Of a stretch of 50,782 nt of DNA, positions 1 to 8,060 are shown piece after piece. The DNA lies in IMG/VR virus record IMGVR_UViG_3300048589_000933, positions 1-50,782 of that record. One strand, written 5' to 3'. The position numbers and the translations under genes are program-made. Source of the stretch: a virus. Taxonomy: Duplodnaviria > Caudoviricetes. Each line of letters begins with the position of its first letter. Within the stretch, counting starts at the first letter, position 1. The notes below the pieces were generated by a model. It did no database searches. It saw only the letters and a program-made list of their open reading frames with translations, and was not told the DNA's origin.

Positions 1-44
1 CTTTCACGGTTGCGACCGGGGTTCGAATCCCCGTGGGGACGCCA
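1..44 (+). tRNA. tRNA-Glu(UUC), 3' part (5' end outside window); prophage integration target
   Basis: Anticodon loop CTTTCAC, T-arm CGGGGTTCGAATCCCCG, 3' end GGGGACGCCA (CCA at 42-44). Confidence 0.93.
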
Positions 45-1533
45 CCTTAAACCCGCTTGCCGCGTCGAGTGTGTTCAGCTCGACGCGGTAATGCAGGGTG
101 GCGTCGGTAGTCTCTGGATCCAGCTCGACCCGATCGAGCAGTGCGGCGAGCGCGTCTTTGGTGGCTTCTCTGTTGTCCGCGTCGCGCAGATCGTCGAGCA
201 GTTCGACCATGCGCCGGCGGATATCCATGTCTGTGACCTGTGCCAGTGCCATTGCGGCCTGGTAGTCGCGCTCCTGTGCGCGGATCTGCTCGACTAGGGC
301 AACGCGTTCGCGCTCGAGCTGGTCGAGCTTGCGCACGGCGGGTCCTGGGTCGGCGAGTCTGCCGGCGAGATCCACTGCGCGGCTGATGCGGTCGGTGATG
401 CTGGCCAGCTGCGGCCGCAGGGCGGCGGCGGGGTCTTCGGGAGTTTCTTCGCGGCGGGTGGCCTTGGCGAACAGGCGCACCAGGTCGGTGGTCTGCAGGT
501 CGCTATGCACCTGGGCGACGATGGCGGCCTCGAGCTCGTCGCGCGCGACACGCTTGCCGGGTACGCGGTAGTAGCCCGCGCCATCGCTGTGCCAGGCGCG
601 ACCCTGCGGCGTGAACAGCATGCCGGTCAGCAGGTAAGACGCTGGCGTGCGGCGCGGACGGGTGGCTGAGTACTCCTCGAGGTGCTTCAGGATGCGCTCG
701 GCTTCTGCGTCGGTGATTACCCCGGGGTGGGTGTCTCGCTGCATCATCCATTCGGTGCGCGGCCGCCGGCGTGTTTTGCCTGCCTGTTGCTCGCTGTGCA
801 CGTTCCAGACAGTGTGCCCGGCGTAGGTAAGGGCGTTCCATTCGACGCCGACCAGTGAGGCCTTGGCGATGCGCGGGAGGCCTGGCGCGTGCTCGATCGC
901 GCGAGCCCGGGGCAGTCCGTTGGACCTGGCACGCAGGTAAGCGCCGATCGCGGCGGCGGCGGTATCTGCAAGCTCGAGGGTGGACTTGGTGACGGGCAGG
1001 CCCTCGCGGACGATGCCGGTGTCGATCTTGCGCAGGCGGTAGCCGATCGGCGCGCGGCCGCCGGCGCGGTAGCCGTCGCGGACGTTCTGCGCCATGCCGG
1101 CGAGGCCTTTCTCGCGGCTGGTGAGGCTATGCCATTCGTCCATCGCCTGCAGGATGGACTTGAGCAGCATTTCGGTGATGGGGTCAGCCTCGGGCACGCT
1201 CTTGTAGATCACGCGTACGCCGTGTTTCTTGCACTCGACCTCTTCGAACACGATGGAGATATGCCGGCGCCGCGCCAGGCGCGAGGTATCTAGCACCAGC
1301 AGGTGATCCCAGCCGCGGCGGGGGTTGCGCAGGGCTCGCAGCAGCTGCTGGAAGCCTGGGCGGTCGGTGTCTTTGCCGGACTCGACGACGTCGGCGAAGG
1401 TTTCAGCGATCGACAGGCCTCGGGACAGGGCCAGCGCTTTCAGCTCGCGGCGCTGGACGTCGACCGACACGTCCTTTCGATCCTTCGAGCTGCGGCAGTA
1501 GATCGCCGCGCTCCCGTGTGTTTGTGTCGCCAT
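4..1533 (-). CDS. Large serine recombinase (integrase)
   Basis: N-terminal YCRSSK catalytic motif, SG..DRPGF, DTSRLAR, GGRAPIGY recombinase region, then coiled coil. Adjacent to attL; GGAG upstream of the ATG. Confidence 0.93.
   Translation of the reverse strand: MATQTHGSAAIYCRSSKDRKDVSVDVQRRELKALALSRGLSIAETFADVVESGKDTDRPGFQQLLRALRNPRRGWDHLLVLDTSRLARRRHISIVFEEVECKKHGVRVIYKSVPEADPITEMLLKSILQAMDEWHSLTSREKGLAGMAQNVRDGYRAGGRAPIGYRLRKIDTGIVREGLPVTKSTLELADTAAAAIGAYLRARSNGLPRARAIEHAPGLPRIAKASLVGVEWNALTYAGHTVWNVHSEQQAGKTRRRPRTEWMMQRDTHPGVITDAEAERILKHLEEYSATRPRRTPASYLLTGMLFTPQGRAWHSDGAGYYRVPGKRVARDELEAAIVAQVHSDLQTTDLVRLFAKATRREETPEDPAAALRPQLASITDRISRAVDLAGRLADPGPAVRKLDQLERERVALVEQIRAQERDYQAAMALAQVTDMDIRRRMVELLDDLRDADNREATKDALAALLDRVELDPETTDATLHYRVELNTLDAASGFKVASPRGFEPRSQP
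30..45 (+). repeat. attL core CCCGTGGGGACGCCAC
   Basis: Identical to 43331-43346; overlaps the tRNA acceptor end. Confidence 0.93.
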
Positions 1534-1630
1534 CGATCCGACTCCGTTCCCGCGCCCGCAGCAACGGTACCACCACCGCGACGGCGATCGCTGGGCAGGG
1601 GGCGTTCGCGCTGCGGACGCGGATAGTCAT
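1403..1630 (-). CDS. Possible small protein (75 aa) coupled to the RT stop and overlapping the integrase start
   Basis: ATG at 1630 overlaps the RT TGA (ATGA); no recognisable domain. Confidence 0.3.
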   Translation of the reverse strand: MTIRVRSANAPCPAIAVAVVVPLLRARERSRIDGDTNTRERGDLLPQLEGSKGRVGRRPAPRAESAGPVPRPVDR

Positions 1631-3423
1631 AGGGTGGCCTGGCACCGCAGCCGCACCACCCGCCCTTCCATCGCCGCCGGGAAGCGCCTCTTGGCGGTGG
1701 CTGCCGGGAGCCAGCGGAAGCGCCGCAGCAGCGTCTGCCGCAGCCTGTGGCTGTCGGCGTGGGTGAAGTGGCCCTGGTAGCTGGCCCACACAGCGCGGAC
1801 CGCGCGCAGGCCGTCTGGCGTGGCGAGAATGCGCCGGCCGCGGACGTGGGTGGTCTCCCACTTCGCCAAGGCTTCGCGTGCGTGGCTGACGATGCGGCGG
1901 CGGACGGTGGTGTGGGTGGGGCGGACGATGTACCCGAGGAAGTCGATGCCGGTGGCGAGCGGCGCCAGGCGCTGATCGGCTTTGAGCTCGAGGCGCAGCG
2001 ACTGCTGCAGGAACTGCTCGATCTGCACTCGCCAGCACTCGAGCTGGGCGCGATCGTGGTGGACGATGACGAAGTCGTCGACGTAGCGCAGGTAGCGCTT
2101 GGCCTTGAGCGTGTGCTTGACGAATTGGTCGAGCTGGTCGAGGTAGACGTTAGCGAAGAACTGGCTGCTGAGGTTGCCGATCGGGATCCCGCAGCCCGTC
2201 GGTGCGTTCTGCAGTTGCTTGTGCAGTGGCACGAGTGCGCGGCGCTCAGGTGTGGTGCGGTAGTTGACGCCGGTGCGGTCAATGGATGAACGCAGCAGCG
2301 CGTGCATGGTGCGCTGGGCCGCCAGGCTGAGACCTTCCCGGGTAGTGCGCGTCTTCAGCAGCGCGTATAGCGTGGGGCGATGGATGCGGTTGAAGAAGTT
2401 GGCCACGTCGAGCTGCAGGAACCAGCCGCCACCCTGGCCGCTGTGTACCTCTCGCACGAACTGCTGCAGGCGGCGTACGGCGGCGTGGCTGCCCTTGCCG
2501 CGGCGATTGGCAAAGCTGTCGTGGATGAATGCCGGCTCATAGATGGCCTCGATCTGCGGCACCAGCCAGTGGTGCACGACGCGGTCGCCGAAGTCTGGCG
2601 CGTGGATCTCTCGCGCCTTTGGCCGGGTCGCGATGAAGCACGTCGACGGTTGCGGCTGCCACGTGCCGGCGTTGAGCTGCTCCTGGAGTTCGATCAGGCG
2701 ATCAGCCCAACGGGCATCGAACGCGAGGCGGTTGGCACTGGGTTTCTTGCTGCGGCGCGCGGCCTTCCACGCGGCGTGCAAGTCGGTGAAGCTGACCTGG
2801 TGTTCATCACCCTGCAACTCACGGGCCGGACCGCGAACCGCGCGCACGCGGTTGTTGTTGTCGCGGTGGTTGTTGTTGGCGTTGCCGTTGTTGAAGCTCA
2901 CGATCCACGCGTAAGCGGCAGGCGACGCGTCCCCGCAGACTTGCGACCCGCTCGAGCAGCCGTGCTGGTAGCGCGAGTTCGTCATTTGTAGACCTCCCAT
3001 CGGGAGGCGGGTACTCAGTTGCTGGGCGCGCTGCACGACGGGCGCTTGCCCTTGCGCATCCTGGCCCTTGGGGTGCTGCCCGGTCAGCTGGCGGTACCAA
3101 CCGCCAGCCTGCTTACCCAGTTCGCGAGCGCTGCGGAACAGCGCTTCAAACTGCGCAAGGCTGGTGAATGCACGCAGTCGGCTGCAAAGCTGCAGCTGTA
3201 TTTTCAGCTCATCAATGGCCCACACCAGATTCCACGCATGCTCGCGTTGCCTGGGTCGATCGCGCCAAGCGCGATGGGTGAGCGTGGCGATCGCCAGGGC
3301 CTTCGCGCGCAGGTCGCTGCCTGCCGCGTACCGGTGGTAGCGCGGGAAGCGACGAACAGCCAGCTCGATATCGAGCATCAGTCGCTCGGCAAGCTGTGCG
3401 ATAGGTGGCAGCGCGAAGGTCAT
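1627..3423 (-). CDS. Avd-(TR)-reverse transcriptase in one ORF (598 aa); RT may also start at ATG 2985
   Basis: Residues ~1-113 are Avd-like four-helix bundle (RFPRYHRY..G.DLR ... ELGKQAGGW). The C-terminal part has the DGR RT motifs KAREIHAPDFGDRVVHH, GIPIGNLSSQFFAN, YLRYVDD and GIDFLGY. No stop lies between them; GGAGG precedes ATG 2985. Confidence 0.93.
   Translation of the reverse strand: MTFALPPIAQLAERLMLDIELAVRRFPRYHRYAAGSDLRAKALAIATLTHRAWRDRPRQREHAWNLVWAIDELKIQLQLCSRLRAFTSLAQFEALFRSARELGKQAGGWYRQLTGQHPKGQDAQGQAPVVQRAQQLSTRLPMGGLQMTNSRYQHGCSSGSQVCGDASPAAYAWIVSFNNGNANNNHRDNNNRVRAVRGPARELQGDEHQVSFTDLHAAWKAARRSKKPSANRLAFDARWADRLIELQEQLNAGTWQPQPSTCFIATRPKAREIHAPDFGDRVVHHWLVPQIEAIYEPAFIHDSFANRRGKGSHAAVRRLQQFVREVHSGQGGGWFLQLDVANFFNRIHRPTLYALLKTRTTREGLSLAAQRTMHALLRSSIDRTGVNYRTTPERRALVPLHKQLQNAPTGCGIPIGNLSSQFFANVYLDQLDQFVKHTLKAKRYLRYVDDFVIVHHDRAQLECWRVQIEQFLQQSLRLELKADQRLAPLATGIDFLGYIVRPTHTTVRRRIVSHAREALAKWETTHVRGRRILATPDGLRAVRAVWASYQGHFTHADSHRLRQTLLRRFRWLPAATAKRRFPAAMEGRVVRLRCQATL
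2821..2929 (-). repeat. DGR template repeat (TR), ~109 bp
   Basis: Nine AAC codons and 23 adenines on the coding strand; aligns without gaps to VR1 and VR2. Confidence 0.96.
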
Positions 3424-3442
3424 GGGAGAGCGTCAGAAAGGC

Positions 3443-3955
3443 CTAGAACTGACGGGCCGGACCGCGAACCGCGCGCACGCGGTTGTAGCCGTCGCGGTGG
3501 AAGCCGCTGGCGCTGCCGCTGCCGAAGCACACGAGCCACGCGAAAGCGGCAGGCGACGGCGCGTAGGGCGTGCCGGTCCAGTACCACTCGGACTTGCACG
3601 CGGGGAACGCCTCGGTGTCGATGGCGGGCTCGTGCCGGGTGTCGTCGACCAGCGTGAGCAGCTCGGTGCGTGTCGGCAGGCGCCAGTCGTCGTGCCCGCC
3701 CAAGCGTAGCGCGCGACAGGCGGCCTCGGCGGCCGCCCAGGGCACAGCCTTGGCGGTGGTGTCTTCCTGCGACCACTGCAGGCCGGTGTGCGTGTCGGTG
3801 ACGATGCCATCTGCCGCCTGGAATCGATCGGCGGTTGGGTCGTTGACGGCATGAACTGCAGTCGGCGCCGTCAGCGCAAACGGACGAAGCTCTGCGAGGG
3901 CCGCGAGTGCTGTGATCAAGGTGTCGTCATCGCAGCGCAGGGTAAGTTCGAGCAT
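3443..3955 (-). CDS. DGR target 1: DUF1566/Lcl-type C-lectin-fold protein (170 aa)
   Basis: VTDTHTGLQW, W..A.AAC, DWRLPT..EL, YWTGT, RVRAVRG motifs; VR at the C-terminus; AGGAG upstream. Confidence 0.92.
   Translation of the reverse strand: MLELTLRCDDDTLITALAALAELRPFALTAPTAVHAVNDPTADRFQAADGIVTDTHTGLQWSQEDTTAKAVPWAAAEAACRALRLGGHDDWRLPTRTELLTLVDDTRHEPAIDTEAFPACKSEWYWTGTPYAPSPAAFAWLVCFGSGSASGFHRDGYNRVRAVRGPARQF
3452..3558 (-). repeat. Variable repeat VR1
   Basis: 107-bp gapless match to TR 2821-2927 with 15 mismatches, all at TR adenines. Confidence 0.96.
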
Positions 3956-3986
3956 GGTGATCTCCTGGAGAAAAGCTCAGAAAGGC

Positions 3987-4418
3987 CTAGGACTGACGGG
4001 CCGGACCGCGAACCGCGCGCACGCGGCCGCTGCCGTCGCGGTGGCTGTCGCGGGCGTAGCCGCCGTAGAAGCTCACGACCCACGCGTAAGCGGCAGGCGA
4101 CGCGGCGTAGGGTGTGGCAGTCCAGTACCAGTCCGACTTGCACGTTGGGAACGCGGCGGTGTCGATCGTGGGCTTGGCGCGCGTTCTGTCGGCAAGCGGG
4201 AACAGTTCCTCGACGGTGGGCAGTCGCCAGTCGGTATGTCCGGCAAACGCCTGGGCGTTCAGTGCAGCGATTGCCGCCTCGGCTTCTGAGTGGTCGACAT
4301 CAGCGTCGACGGCGTCGTCGCGCGTCCACTGCAAGCCGGTGGTGGTGTCGGTGACGACGAGCTGGTCGGATGAGACGGAGAAGCGTGAGGCGGTTACGTT
4401 TGCGGCTTGTGCGTTCAT
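3987..4418 (-). CDS. DGR target 2: DUF1566/Lcl-type protein (143 aa; alternative in-frame start 4535)
   Basis: Paralog of target 1 (VTDTTTGLQW, DWRLPTVEEL, YWTAT, RVRAVRG); GAGGA upstream of ATG 4418. Confidence 0.92.
   Translation of the reverse strand: MNAQAANVTASRFSVSSDQLVVTDTTTGLQWTRDDAVDADVDHSEAEAAIAALNAQAFAGHTDWRLPTVEELFPLADRTRAKPTIDTAAFPTCKSDWYWTATPYAASPAAYAWVVSFYGGYARDSHRDGSGRVRAVRGPARQS
3996..4104 (-). repeat. Variable repeat VR2
   Basis: 109-bp gapless match to TR 2821-2929 with 14 mismatches, all at TR adenines. Confidence 0.96.
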
Positions 4419-4531
4419 GTGGGATTCCTCGAGTGGTGTTGGGCTACGGGTAACGCGTCTTGCGTCATCGTCGGCATGCCGCTGCCGGCGCAGGGCTCGC
4501 CGCTCCGGCGTGTCGCCGCTGATGTCGGTGC

Positions 4532-6508
4532 TCATTTGGCGGGCTTCTTTGCCGCTGCCTTTTTCGCGGCGGTCTTCGCGGCGGCTGGCTTGGCCTTGAG
4601 CTTGGGGGCGTTTTTGCGTAGCGCGTAGCCCGGGCGGCGCAGGGGCTTGGGCAGCCAGCCGCTGCGGCGGGTGAGCTCCTCGGCTTTGCCGGCGAGTTCG
4701 GCTTTCTTGAGGCCGGTGAGCTGGGCAGCGACGGTCTTGCCGCACACCTCGGCAACGGCTTCGATGGCGAGGGCGGCGGGCACCAGGCTGAAGAACGTCT
4801 CGGCGGTGGGCTGCCAGTGGTCGGCCATGTTCAGGTCGAGGGCGTCTGCGATGGCGACGGCGCCGAAGGAGGTGCCGCCGCCGCGCATGACGGCGTCGAG
4901 CGTCATCACGGGCACGCTGGCCAGCAGGCCGACGACGGTGTCGCGGGTTTGCTCGAGCAGCCAGGGCAGCAGGCCGGCACGAGTGCCAGGCACGTGCAGG
5001 GTGTAGCGCATGTCCTCGAGGGCTTGCGCGGTTTGGGTGAGATCGGGGTTGGCGTCGAGGTCGGCGAAACCGAGCTTGTGCAGCTCACGGGTGGCGCTTT
5101 CGGCCTTCACCTGGATGGGCAGATCGCCGCCGAATTGAGGCGGATAGATCAACGGCACGAGCAAGGTGTAGGCGAGCGTGGCGAGCGCTACGTCGGCGCG
5201 CTTGAGCAGCTCGGCCTGCAGGGCAACAGTGCGGTGGGCACTGAGGCGGCGCAGCATGCTTTCGGCCAGCGTGGGCGCGGGCTTGGGGGCGGGTGTGCCG
5301 TCTTCGGTTTGAGTGGCGGCGGCGGCCTGGCGCGCGGCTTGCGGGGTTTCGGCGATGAGGCCGCGGGTGATCTCGAGCGTGCCGCTGTGGCCGAGCTTGA
5401 CGCAGGCGCCGGCTTTGGCCTTTTGGCGGTCTGACCACACTTCTGCCGTGGCGCTGAGTTCCTTGATGCGGGCGGTGATCAGTTCGCGCTCGTCGTAGGC
5501 GGCCTCGAAGTCGAAATCGCCCGCTTCTTCGGCCTCCTCGGCTTGCGTCAGTTCGTCATCGAGCTGCATCGCGCGGGCTTCGAGCTGCTGCAGCTCGGCC
5601 TTGGCATCGTCACTTAGCTCGCTGCGCCTTGGCTGGCTGCGGTTGAACTTGTAGACGAAGCTGTGATCGTCGTAGTCCAGCAGCTTGACCCAGCTCCATC
5701 CCTCAGCGCGCAGGGCTTCGGCGGCGGCTTCTAGCTTCTCTGTGCCCAGACGGTCGAGCAGGTCGATATCGGCGACGTAGCCGGCGCCAGGCTCGAAGAG
5801 GTCGCGCACCACGGCGCCGCCCGCGGCTTCGTAGGCGGCGAGGCCCACGAAGACCACGCGCCGGTCACTGCTGTGCACGTGCTTCTCGGTGAGGGCCTCG
5901 CGCAGGCGGCGCGGCTCACGCGCCCAGGGTTGCCGACCATCGGGGCCCCACGCGCGCTCCTGGGCGGCGTGGTCGTCGGTGATGGCGAGGGCCATCAGCT
6001 GCTCGAGGGTGGCCTTGTCTTCGCGGAAGAGCCGCAGCAGCACGGGCGAGAGGTTGGCCAAGCGCAGGCGGCGTTCGACGACAAGCGGCGACACGCCGAA
6101 GCGGGCGGCGATAGTGTCGACGCCCATGCCCTCGGCGGCCAAGTCGCGAAAGGCCACGAACTCGTCATGCGGGTGCATGCGCTCGCGCACGGTGTTCTCG
6201 GCCGTGCTGGCTTCGAGCACGCGGCTGGTATCGGTTTCGATGAGGCAGGGGATGCCGTCGGCCAGCTCGGGCGGCAGTCGGTCTTGCTGGGCCAGCAGCT
6301 TGAGGGCGGCGAGGCGGCGGCCGCCGGCGATGACGCCGAAGCCGCCCATCGACTTGGGCGATGGCTCCACGATGAGGTTTTGCAGCAGGCCGAGCGCGGC
6401 GATGTTGGCGGCGAGGCCTTCGACATCCTTGCCGCCGGTGCGGCGGGCATTGTGCGTCGAGAGGTGGAGGTCGGAGAGCGGAATCAGCGTGGCGCTTGCG
6501 TTGGACAT
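4532..6508 (-). CDS. Long ParB/Spo0J-family protein with Lys/Ala-rich C-terminal tail
   Basis: LAANI..LGLLQNLIV, VIAGGRRLAAL, EN..RE.MHP.DE, HTH IAARFGVS...V.RRLRLA; ends KAKPAAAKTAAKKAAAKKPAK. Confidence 0.88.
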   Translation of the reverse strand: MSNASATLIPLSDLHLSTHNARRTGGKDVEGLAANIAALGLLQNLIVEPSPKSMGGFGVIAGGRRLAALKLLAQQDRLPPELADGIPCLIETDTSRVLEASTAENTVRERMHPHDEFVAFRDLAAEGMGVDTIAARFGVSPLVVERRLRLANLSPVLLRLFREDKATLEQLMALAITDDHAAQERAWGPDGRQPWAREPRRLREALTEKHVHSSDRRVVFVGLAAYEAAGGAVVRDLFEPGAGYVADIDLLDRLGTEKLEAAAEALRAEGWSWVKLLDYDDHSFVYKFNRSQPRRSELSDDAKAELQQLEARAMQLDDELTQAEEAEEAGDFDFEAAYDERELITARIKELSATAEVWSDRQKAKAGACVKLGHSGTLEITRGLIAETPQAARQAAAATQTEDGTPAPKPAPTLAESMLRRLSAHRTVALQAELLKRADVALATLAYTLLVPLIYPPQFGGDLPIQVKAESATRELHKLGFADLDANPDLTQTAQALEDMRYTLHVPGTRAGLLPWLLEQTRDTVVGLLASVPVMTLDAVMRGGGTSFGAVAIADALDLNMADHWQPTAETFFSLVPAALAIEAVAEVCGKTVAAQLTGLKKAELAGKAEELTRRSGWLPKPLRRPGYALRKNAPKLKAKPAAAKTAAKKAAAKKPAK

Positions 6509-6672
6509 GGGTTGACTCCCGGGGCTTGGGATTGCGCGATCTGGTGGGTAAGCACTGCAGCGATGTCGCGATAGGCCTGCAGTGAGGCGTAAGAGCGGTT
6601 GGTGTTGCTGGCCTTGTCTTCGACGAAGCGCAGCAGCTCGCGCAGGCGAGCGGGCTTCACGGGTTCAGCCAT
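6484..6672 (-). CDS. Hypothetical phage protein
   Basis: Tightly packed in the leftward operon. Confidence 0.55.
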   Translation of the reverse strand: MAEPVKPARLRELLRFVEDKASNTNRSYASLQAYRDIAAVLTHQIAQSQAPGVNPCPTQAPR

Positions 6673-6868
6673 GTGTGATCAGCCCTGGGCGCACCCACTG
6701 GAAGGCGTTCTCAGCGTGGTAGGCGGCGAGCTTGCGCAGGCCGGTTGGCAGGCCATCCTCGCCGGCCAGCAAAGGCTCGGACTCTGCGAACGCGGCGCTT
6801 TCGAGCGCGGAGAGGCACTGGCTTGCGTGGTATTGCACGCCGTTGAGTTGCTGCTGCAGACGGCTCAT
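6665..6868 (-). CDS. Hypothetical phage protein (MSRLQQQ...)
   Basis: ATG overlaps the upstream stop (ATGA). Confidence 0.55.
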   Translation of the reverse strand: MSRLQQQLNGVQYHASQCLSALESAAFAESEPLLAGEDGLPTGLRKLAAYHAENAFQWVRPGLITHG

Positions 6869-7170
6869 GCCTGCAGCACTCCCACGCGCTCGGCCTGCTG
6901 GATGCGCTCGCGGTGCGCGTCGATCCACGCCTGGGCCTGCTGCGCCTGGGCGGCGTTGTCCAGCTCGATCGACGTGCGGCCGATCCACAGGGACCAGTGG
7001 CCGGGGTCGTCGAGTTCTTCGGCTGATCGACAGTTGCGCACGTGGTCGACGGACCACGCGACGAAGCCGGCGACCTGCGGGCGCAGCATGACCACGATCT
7101 CGTCATTGATCGGCGCGGGCTTGATCTCGACGGTGATGCCGCAGGCGAGGCGGATGAGGAGCGGGGTCAC
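6865..7170 (-). CDS. Hypothetical phage protein
   Basis: GTGA overlap with the upstream gene; protein-like composition. Confidence 0.6.
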   Translation of the reverse strand: MTPLLIRLACGITVEIKPAPINDEIVVMLRPQVAGFVAWSVDHVRNCRSAEELDDPGHWSLWIGRTSIELDNAAQAQQAQAWIDAHRERIQQAERVGVLQA

Positions 7171-8060
7171 AGGCAAGCGCCCGCGATGCCGTCGAGCACC
7201 TCGCCGAGCCCTTGGGGCGGCTCGGGCTCTGGCCAGCTTTCGAGCATGCGCGCCACCGCCTGGAGCTTCTTGGCGATGCACTGCGCCGAGCTATCGGCGC
7301 AGGTGGTCTCTTCCAATGTGGCGGTGGTGCCGATGCGGGCCTCGATGGGCGCCACCGCCACCACGCCGTTGGCCTTGAGCTCGCCGTACACGCGGTCTGC
7401 CAGGGCGCGGAAGGCGGTGGCCTGCTCTGCGGGGTCGGGCAGGGTGAAGGCAGGGGTGGCGGCCGGCGGGCATTCCGCTGGAACTGCGCGTTCATCGCTG
7501 GCGGGCAGCTTCCGCAGCTCAGCCAGCCATTCTTCGCGGCGCTTGGGTGTGGCCTTCTCCACAAGCGTGCAGTCGGCCAGATCGGCGCGACAGGGCGGAT
7601 ACCCGGACGGCCAAACGTGTTGATCGGTCACGCGAGCGACCACCCAGTCTTCACCGGTAGGGCCGTGGTGCACGATGTCGGCTACCTCGATCGCCGCTGC
7701 TGGCACTGCGCCCGCTTCAGCGCGAGCTGCTTCGGACACCTCACGGTTCGGGACGTCGATTTCGGCGGCGATCGGCGCTGCAGCGATCGGCGCGGATTCC
7801 ATGCGCGCTGGCGCCGGGTCATCGCTCTGCTCAGGCGGGGCCTTGCGCAACGTCTTGGCCACGCCCGCGGCAAGCAAGTACTTCGCCGGGTAGCTGTCAT
7901 CCACAGTGATGACCTTGCCCTCGGCCTTCAGCACCGACAGTGCGACGGCCACACTCTTGCTGGTGGCCTGCTCTTCGTCGATCAGCTCGCGCACCTCGGC
8001 GGCAGACAGCGCCTCGGCGCAGTTGGCGAGCACGCGCATCACATCCGTCTTGGCGCTCAT
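7167..8060 (-). CDS. Hypothetical protein with N-terminal winged-HTH-like region
   Basis: ATGA-coupled; LSAAEVREL...SVAVALSVLKAEGKV wHTH-like pattern. Confidence 0.6.
   Translation of the reverse strand: MSAKTDVMRVLANCAEALSAAEVRELIDEEQATSKSVAVALSVLKAEGKVITVDDSYPAKYLLAAGVAKTLRKAPPEQSDDPAPARMESAPIAAAPIAAEIDVPNREVSEAARAEAGAVPAAAIEVADIVHHGPTGEDWVVARVTDQHVWPSGYPPCRADLADCTLVEKATPKRREEWLAELRKLPASDERAVPAECPPAATPAFTLPDPAEQATAFRALADRVYGELKANGVVAVAPIEARIGTTATLEETTCADSSAQCIAKKLQAVARMLESWPEPEPPQGLGEVLDGIAGACL

Larger units (their letters stand above)
1627..4418 (-). mobile_element. Diversity-generating retroelement: target2 - target1 - avd - TR - RT
   Basis: DGR-type RT, Avd, TR and two variable repeats (VRs) that differ from the TR only at adenines. 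Confidence 0.97.

Noticed and set aside
1627-2985. RT as a group II intron, retron or Abi RT
   Set aside because: GNLSSQ motif, Avd and adenine-specific TR/VR pairs identify a DGR; no maturase domain or msr/msd seen.
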